DNA of 24,402 bases from a virus, in the IMG/VR virus record IMGVR_UViG_3300005253_000923, positions 627 to 25,028 of that record; one strand, 5' to 3'. Of this stretch, positions 12,281-17,969 are shown one piece after another. The position numbers were made by a program, and so were the translations under genes. Positions within the stretch are counted from its first letter, which is position 1. Every line of letters starts with the position of its first letter. The notes beneath the pieces are model-generated. The model worked only from the letters and a program-made list of their open reading frames with translations, searched no databases and was not told the origin of the DNA.

Positions 12281-12563
12281 GATCAGATGGCCCGCATGGG
12301 TCTGGCATGAGAACGTGGCCGCAACGGAAAAGTCGTTGCTGAAGCTGCTGGATGCGTTTGGCTGTTTAAGTCACGCGGCTTTCAGGAAACGTAGCCTTGT
12401 GGTCAAGACCCTGGATGTGGCGATGGAAGTGGTGCGTGGAGTTCCGCCCGCCTGGGGCGATAATTCTGTCGGCATATGGCGTTCGGCCAGCACTGCTGAT
12501 CGACGCCGTGCCTGGCGCATGGCCATGAAACTGCTCGGCTACACGGAGGTGTGCGATGAGTGA
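12267..12563 (+). CDS. hypothetical protein (98 aa)
   Basis: Track ORF; 14-nt overlap with the upstream gene. Confidence 0.55.
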   Translation: MMASKIRWPAWVWHENVAATEKSLLKLLDAFGCLSHAAFRKRSLVVKTLDVAMEVVRGVPPAWGDNSVGIWRSASTADRRRAWRMAMKLLGYTEVCDE

Positions 12564-12744
12564 CGACTTGAAGCCGTGCCCGTTTTGCGAAGACGATCAA
12601 GCTGAGTATCGTAAACGTAGTATGCCGCTGCACGGTGGAGATACGAGAGTTGTGTGCATGTTATGCTTGGCCGAAGGTCCACTAGGTATGGACGAAGAAG
12701 ACGCGGCGGACGGTTGGAACGACCGGAGGAAGAGAACGCCGTGA
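12556..12744 (+). CDS. lar: Lar-family (restriction-alleviation-like) zinc-ribbon protein (62 aa)
   Basis: ATGAGTGA overlap; KPCPFC...VVCMLCLAEGP...EEDAADGWNDR matches the Lar family pattern CPFCG...C..C...gp...A...WN.R from memory. Confidence 0.6.
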   Translation: MSDDLKPCPFCEDDQAEYRKRSMPLHGGDTRVVCMLCLAEGPLGMDEEDAADGWNDRRKRTP

Positions 12745-12771
12745 ACTGGAACGCCCGCGCGGAGGATAGCG

Positions 12772-13209
12772 ATGAGTGACCCGATGACCGATGCACGATT
12801 GGCAGAACTGAAACCTGAAACTGTAATGTTCCTGGGCAAGCCGCTGGACCCCAAGCTGGTGCGGTGGATAGATTATTTTGAGGAGTTTGCACGATGGGCC
12901 GCCGAAGATACCGGACTATCGTTGCTTGATTTGCCGCAGTTGAGAACAACGCGCAAATCGAAAGTGATATCAAAAGCCCGAGCGTTTTTCTGGTATTATT
13001 GTCGGCGCGATTTGGGGCTGAGTCATCCTGACTGCGCCCTGGCACTGGGCATGAATCAATCCACCGTGTCCCTGGCGATGGACAAACTCAAAAAGCGAAA
13101 CCCCGAACAGGACTGGGACGAACTCACGCAGAAGAAGGTTGAGGCCCGGTGGCGATGCCGTCAAGCGTCGGCAGAACCGTCCGGCGATGAAGCTGGTACC
13201 CCTGAGTAG
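12772..13209 (+). CDS. HTH DNA-binding protein resembling DnaA C-terminal domain (145 aa)
   Basis: GGAGGA SD; KVISKARAFFWYYCRRDLGLSHPDCALALGMNQSTVSLAMDKLKKR resembles DnaA domain IV (R.IAMYL.R.....S...IG..FG.DHSTV.HA..KI) from memory. Confidence 0.5.
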   Translation: MSDPMTDARLAELKPETVMFLGKPLDPKLVRWIDYFEEFARWAAEDTGLSLLDLPQLRTTRKSKVISKARAFFWYYCRRDLGLSHPDCALALGMNQSTVSLAMDKLKKRNPEQDWDELTQKKVEARWRCRQASAEPSGDEAGTPE

Positions 13210-13233
13210 AGCAGACGTGAACGGTCGCCCCGC

Positions 13234-13914
13234 CTATTCGACAAACAGTCTTACCTTGCCGGAACCGGTGTCTGTATCGGCCCGACCAAGCTGAGCGCGA
13301 TAAGTCTTAGTATCTGTTAAAGTGAGCGCAGAACTTGTTACTCGCGTGCGCGTTGATGTGTTGTGTTCCACTTGGGAACCAGCTACACCGGAAGCATCCG
13401 TCTCGTTATATAAGCGGGCATATACCGTTCCAGCCGTCGCCGCCAAGTAGGCCTCCAATTTGATTGTTCGTCCCCACCTACTGCTGTTGAATACAAGTGG
13501 CCAGTCGTCGCCAAAGAACGACCAAACGATAGCGGCAACGGTAGACAGGTCGTTGGAGAACCAGCCTACTCTCGGACCTTCGAGCCTGAGTGGGGCGAAG
13601 TCCGGGTAGCTGATAAACCAAGATGTATCGGCAGGAGTGGCTGCGTCTGAACTGTAATCGCCAACGCTAATCCCGAGAGGCTGTAACCACGGCGCTCGAA
13701 GGGGCGGATCAGATGCTTGGATGAACGCGGAACCGTCGTCAGGATCAACTACTACGCCGGAAGTAAAATCGCCTACAAGATCGCCGAGCGGCGGTAAGGA
13801 TGCGCGAAGGGGCTGTTCTACCGGCTGTTGTATAAGCCAACTGATGTCCTCTGGATTACCCGCCAGAGAAGTAAGGTCTTCGACGTGAGATTGATATTGA
13901 AGAAGATACCCCAC
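13234..13914 (-). CDS. virion/fibre-like protein with three N-terminal about-32-aa repeats (226 aa)
   Basis: Track ORF, GTG start with GGGG upstream; last gene of the minus-strand operon; repeats of the type SW.I..P...PLR....P.G..VGD..S. Confidence 0.65.
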   Translation of the reverse strand: MGYLLQYQSHVEDLTSLAGNPEDISWLIQQPVEQPLRASLPPLGDLVGDFTSGVVVDPDDGSAFIQASDPPLRAPWLQPLGISVGDYSSDAATPADTSWFISYPDFAPLRLEGPRVGWFSNDLSTVAAIVWSFFGDDWPLVFNSSRWGRTIKLEAYLAATAGTVYARLYNETDASGVAGSQVEHNTSTRTRVTSSALTLTDTKTYRAQLGRADTDTGSGKVRLFVE

Positions 13915-13926
13915 AATGAAGAACCC

Positions 13927-14127
13927 CTACTCTTCCGGTGATTCTGTTCTCATCTGCGCTACAATCTCACGAAACACTTTCATGCCGAAATAATTGAGTT
14001 CGTCAATACAGAACCCGCCGTCTTTAACCGCGATGGTCATAGCTTCGTAGAACCGTTCCTTCAAGTTGGCGGCCGCCGTGTTCTGAACGTCGATCTTCTC
14101 CTGGAGTCTCGCCCATGCAGTGCTCAT
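13927..14127 (-). CDS. small helical protein (66 aa)
   Basis: Internal ATG 14127 of track ORF 13927..14361; ATGA overlap with the upstream stop. Confidence 0.5.
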   Translation of the reverse strand: MSTAWARLQEKIDVQNTAAANLKERFYEAMTIAVKDGGFCIDELNYFGMKVFREIVAQMRTESPEE

Positions 14128-14450
14128 GGAATGACAATGCCTCCCTTCGTGAGAGTCTCGTGTAGCGCCTTCAATTGTTCCTGGCGCTGGCTTCGCCGGT
14201 AGGCGGCGCTGTTTTCGATTCCGTGCTGCGTTCCGTGATCCTTCTTGAGGCACACATCGCACGCGGGCGCACCACAAGTGGGGCCGGAATGGTAGCTGCA
14301 AAAATTCCTTCGTTTTCCACTGCCTGGCTGCACCGTCCACTGACGACCGCAGTGAACACACTGAAGCGTGTCGCGTTCAATGGTCCCGGATTCCGACGAA
14401 ACGAATATCGTTCCGTCGGGCCGTGCCGCCGTGTGCTTGCGAAGGAGCAT
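14124..14450 (-). CDS. Cys-rich zinc-finger-like protein (108 aa)
   Basis: Track ORF; TAATG coupling to the upstream gene; CVHCG...C..H...CG..C..C. Confidence 0.6.
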   Translation of the reverse strand: MLLRKHTAARPDGTIFVSSESGTIERDTLQCVHCGRQWTVQPGSGKRRNFCSYHSGPTCGAPACDVCLKKDHGTQHGIENSAAYRRSQRQEQLKALHETLTKGGIVIP

Positions 14451-14896
14451 TACTCTTCCCAGATCATCGTGCAGTTATGTACCGCCGTGCCGGTGGCCGT
14501 CAACGACCGGAATCCCCAGCCTTCGGTAGCGACATTATTGGCCTTGAAGCCCCGGCCCGGCGCAGCCACCCATCGGAACGTCGCCCGTTGATGCAGGGGA
14601 ACGACCAGCAAGATCGCGCCGATGGTGTTCGGCTCCGCCGAGTGCGTCACCTGACAAGTCGCCAGCGAAGCCGGATCGTCCGGGTCAAGTGGTTCCGGCG
14701 TAGACGCCGACGCGGTTCCGTCGTCCACCGTGAACCGATACAGGTCGAACAGTGTTGCCTGATCGCCCGGCGTCACCCCGCAACCCACAACGAGGTCTTG
14801 AAGTTCCGGTTTGATCGTCGTCGCCGACTGAACCGTGATAAGCGTTTCCGTCGCCTCTACGGCGTTGCTTCCCTGATCTGTGTACAATCTACCCAT
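14450..14896 (-). CDS. virion-associated beta-rich protein (148 aa)
   Basis: Track ORF; GGAGAAGG SD; in the structural operon. Confidence 0.65.
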   Translation of the reverse strand: MGRLYTDQGSNAVEATETLITVQSATTIKPELQDLVVGCGVTPGDQATLFDLYRFTVDDGTASASTPEPLDPDDPASLATCQVTHSAEPNTIGAILLVVPLHQRATFRWVAAPGRGFKANNVATEGWGFRSLTATGTAVHNCTMIWEE

Positions 14897-14908
14897 TACC
14901 TTCTCCTT

Positions 14909-15742
14909 TTAGTAGCTCTGAACCACGAGTGGTTCAAGGTCCGTTCTCACTGTTTCAACAAACGCTTCCCCGCCGCTTACTTCCGCCGCCGGGGCCTTGA
15001 AGATTCTACGACGCACGCGCAAGATGGAATACGGGTCTTGCCAGAGTTGCGCCACTTCGCCTTCAGTTAGTTGGCGATCATCCCAAACATAAAGGGCATA
15101 CAGATTGAGGAACGCCGGCTTGGTCCCGTCGACTCGGCCGCTTACGCGAGTTATGCCATTAAACCCGAACTCTGGAGCACTCGTTCCAAGGTGGATGCCG
15201 TCTCGATACCAGCGTACAGCATCACCGTTGCTGACCACTACCATAGATACCTGCCCGTTAGCAAAGCCGCCGTGAACCTGTTGCTTGGCCCCACTGCCGC
15301 TGTTCCATAGGAACGTCCCGGCTGCTGAATCCACGTTGAATATTCGGAAGGAGTCGAAGGCTCCCAAATTCTTTCCGACAATAACCTGATCGTTCTGAGA
15401 CACATCGTAGATGCTGAATAGAAGAGCTATCGTCGAGGTGGACGGTGCCAGTGCTGTATCGAGAAGCATGTATTTGGTGCCGTCTCCCTGCGTGTTGATC
15501 GACCATCCGGCCGGCTTGGTCTCCCATCCCGCCGCAAGCGTGAAACCCGTGGGCGTTATCTGATTGCCTATATTGGTAGAAGAGAAGTTGATAAGCCGTT
15601 CACCCGTAGGCCCGATGAACGGAGCGTAGATATGGGACAGCCCCGCCCACAGATGGGGCGTAACGCTGTCAGCCGCACTGTGTGCGTAGCCGGTGTAGAC
15701 AGATGGGATTGTACGATCCAAGTTCTCAAAAAACGGGGGCAT
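14909..15742 (-). CDS. LamG / concanavalin-A-like lectin domain protein (277 aa)
   Basis: Track ORF; the C-terminal ...WYRDGIHLG...LNLYALYVWDDRQLTEGEVAQLWQDPYSIL pattern is typical of LamG-type jelly-roll domains from memory. Confidence 0.65.
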   Translation of the reverse strand: MPPFFENLDRTIPSVYTGYAHSAADSVTPHLWAGLSHIYAPFIGPTGERLINFSSTNIGNQITPTGFTLAAGWETKPAGWSINTQGDGTKYMLLDTALAPSTSTIALLFSIYDVSQNDQVIVGKNLGAFDSFRIFNVDSAAGTFLWNSGSGAKQQVHGGFANGQVSMVVVSNGDAVRWYRDGIHLGTSAPEFGFNGITRVSGRVDGTKPAFLNLYALYVWDDRQLTEGEVAQLWQDPYSILRVRRRIFKAPAAEVSGGEAFVETVRTDLEPLVVQSY

Positions 15743-16311
15743 TATTGAATCTCGTCCACAATCGGGTTCATCACCGTGTGGGCCTCTATGTCATCGGCCT
15801 CGAAAGCATCGCCACTGTTGTTGATCACTATTATCTGCCCGTAACGCCCCGTGGGCCGCAAAACGCCAACAAATCCGTTTTGCACGGAAGCCCCGTCATG
15901 GACGACCAACGATCCGATATAGATGCACTGCCGCACGAATTCAGTCAGGGTGATTGTGCCGAGTGCGCCGCCAGGGGCGGCAGCATCCGCGCCGGAGTTG
16001 CCCGCCACGTTGCCGTTCGCTTGCGTCGTATGAGTGGATGGTGCCCAATAGTAGTCAACCGTTCCGCCAACCGTCGGCGTTTCGCCAGTGAAGTCCACAC
16101 ACCCCAAGACTTCATATGCGGCAGCGCGCGTAGCGCCCAAATCAACTTTGTCGCTTTGACGACCGGCGGCAGCAGCAACAGCGGACAGCGTCAAGACCAC
16201 GTCCGTGGGCGAGCCGATAGTCCAGTTGGTTGCCACGTCGACGGGACTGAACGATCCGGTTACAAAAAACCGTATTTGAGTCCCGACCTTTTGTAGGACT
16301 TCATTCGCCAT
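15742..16311 (-). CDS. virion-associated beta-rich protein (189 aa)
   Basis: Track ORF; GGAGAAAG SD; TAATG coupling to the downstream gene. Confidence 0.65.
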   Translation of the reverse strand: MANEVLQKVGTQIRFFVTGSFSPVDVATNWTIGSPTDVVLTLSAVAAAAGRQSDKVDLGATRAAAYEVLGCVDFTGETPTVGGTVDYYWAPSTHTTQANGNVAGNSGADAAAPGGALGTITLTEFVRQCIYIGSLVVHDGASVQNGFVGVLRPTGRYGQIIVINNSGDAFEADDIEAHTVMNPIVDEIQ

Positions 16312-16320
16312 GTCTTTCTC

Positions 16321-16746
16321 CTAAAGCTCCGGGATGTAATAGCCCCAAATGGTCATATGAATATCATCATCCGTCGTCTTGGCGTTGACCCAAACGCCCG
16401 GATTGACCTTGGCGTGCATCGACAATAACGACATATTGTCGCCCTGGACCATCGCCTCCTGATGCAACACCTTACTGACTACCGTAGTATCCAAGCTGGT
16501 TGCTTCATACACGATCACCACGGCGTCTACCGTGGGACTCACTTGCCTGTCGGCCTTCGCACGAATGCCGGTGATAATGAATTGGTGCCCGGACTTTGGC
16601 GCATAAAAGTTGTAAGCCGTATTGTCTTCGGCAAGCTCAACGAACTTGGACTCGTCGTAGCCCAACGGCGCTATCACCAACTCGCCGCCCACCGTAACCT
16701 TGGCCACGTCGCCCTTCCCGCCACCGACTATTTGTACTTTCAACAT
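16321..16746 (-). CDS. small beta-sandwich-like protein (141 aa), paralogue of 16746..17291
   Basis: Track ORF; TAATG coupling; shared segments with the upstream neighbour (see findings). Confidence 0.65.
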   Translation of the reverse strand: MLKVQIVGGGKGDVAKVTVGGELVIAPLGYDESKFVELAEDNTAYNFYAPKSGHQFIITGIRAKADRQVSPTVDAVVIVYEATSLDTTVVSKVLHQEAMVQGDNMSLLSMHAKVNPGVWVNAKTTDDDIHMTIWGYYIPEL

Positions 16747-17291
16747 TACGATGGGGTCTCAAAATGACCGATCACGATTACAGAACCCGAAGTCGATTCC
16801 GTTATTTGATTGATCTGTAGGTAGTGGTTTTTCCCAAGGATCAAGCCGTCCAAATTGTGAACATGGTGGCCGGAAACAGCCGTTTTTACTCTGGATACGA
16901 TATCGCCATCGGCAACCGCAGTCTCATCTGAAAATGCCGTAGCGTCAGCTAGCTTAGAAGAAAACGAACGATTCTGGTTCACGCCGGTTACCACGGTTCC
17001 TGCCGCAGTGGTGGTGGCTTCGCCGGTAAGGATTGTCCACGTACAAATCACATTAGAGCCATTGAATTCGGCCCTGTCCAGAATCAAAGGCACGTCACCC
17101 GTGTTCTTCACGAACAGCATGGTGTCGCCCGTGTCAATATCCAACTCGGTCGAATCCCACGAATAGGCCGTGCCGGACGCCGAGGAGTGCTCCAACTCCG
17201 TTTCGACGATGGCGCGAACGACCAATTCCTGTTCGGAGTTGACTTCCGCCTGATAGCCCCTACCCCTCCCGTCTTCAACTTGGAATCCCAT
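16746..17291 (-). CDS. small beta-sandwich-like protein (181 aa), paralogue of 16321..16746
   Basis: Track ORF; GGAAGGA SD. Confidence 0.65.
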   Translation of the reverse strand: MGFQVEDGRGRGYQAEVNSEQELVVRAIVETELEHSSASGTAYSWDSTELDIDTGDTMLFVKNTGDVPLILDRAEFNGSNVICTWTILTGEATTTAAGTVVTGVNQNRSFSSKLADATAFSDETAVADGDIVSRVKTAVSGHHVHNLDGLILGKNHYLQINQITESTSGSVIVIGHFETPS

Positions 17292-17294
17292 GAT

Positions 17295-17969
17295 CTATCC
17301 TTCCAAAGTATCGCTTTCAGAAACGACTGCATCGTTCATCAAAGCTAAGTAGGTATTGTTTGTCCGCAACTGGACAACAATCTGTGCCAACAATTGGCGT
17401 ACATCGTCATCCGAGACGGCCGCCTTGCTCTGTCCGCCCTCCGTTTTTATCGGTATCGGGTTGTAAGTCATAATCCACCATTCAGTCGCGTCGCTTATCA
17501 ACGCGACGGCCTCGTATTGCGTCGTCAAAACGGCGATTAACCCGTCGTCAATCGTCTCAACCGCATTCCCATCAATCGTCACAGTGTTGGCCGTAGCGTC
17601 GATTTTCTTGATGTCGTAGCGCTTGCCGTTTCTGTCCGCTGCCGCAGGAAGGGTGATAATCACCGCCCCAGCACTGGCATCAACCAAGATAACATCGTCA
17701 ATCAAAAGGGCCGTGTAATCAAGTGTCACCGATGTAATGATGCTGTCCGCATCCACTATTGGAATTGCGATCTCATCGGTTATCAAGTCAATGAAGTCGC
17801 CTTGGTTGCCCGCAGTCACTGCAGGGGACGTTACGGCGATTTGGTGCGGATTGTCCAAATCCGCCAAATGGGCGGCGAGATCGGCAATATCGGTATTAGA
17901 AATCCGCAACAGACCTTGGAGCGCTTGGCGCACTTCGCCATCAGGAACCTGAGTACGGACATCGGCCAT
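17295..17969 (-). CDS. tail-fibre / receptor-binding-like protein (224 aa)
   Basis: Internal ATG 17969 of track ORF 17295..18032 (TAATG with the 902-aa gene stop). LPAAADRNGKRYDIKKIDATANTVTIDGNAVETIDD...ALISDATEWWI resembles a module common in minor tail/fibre proteins from memory. Confidence 0.65.
   Translation of the reverse strand: MADVRTQVPDGEVRQALQGLLRISNTDIADLAAHLADLDNPHQIAVTSPAVTAGNQGDFIDLITDEIAIPIVDADSIITSVTLDYTALLIDDVILVDASAGAVIITLPAAADRNGKRYDIKKIDATANTVTIDGNAVETIDDGLIAVLTTQYEAVALISDATEWWIMTYNPIPIKTEGGQSKAAVSDDDVRQLLAQIVVQLRTNNTYLALMNDAVVSESDTLEG

Noticed and set aside
10539-13045. Minus-strand ORFs 10539..11246 (235 aa) and 12539..13045 (168 aa)
   Set aside because: They lie antisense to densely coupled plus-strand genes, including the Lar-like and HTH genes. 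Their composition is typical of shadow frames.
14423-16296. Plus-strand ORFs 14423..15070 (215 aa) and 15682..16296 (204 aa) inside the late operon
   Set aside because: They lie antisense to minus-strand genes that have SDs, TAATG coupling and a recognisable LamG-like domain. Their translations are Arg-rich.
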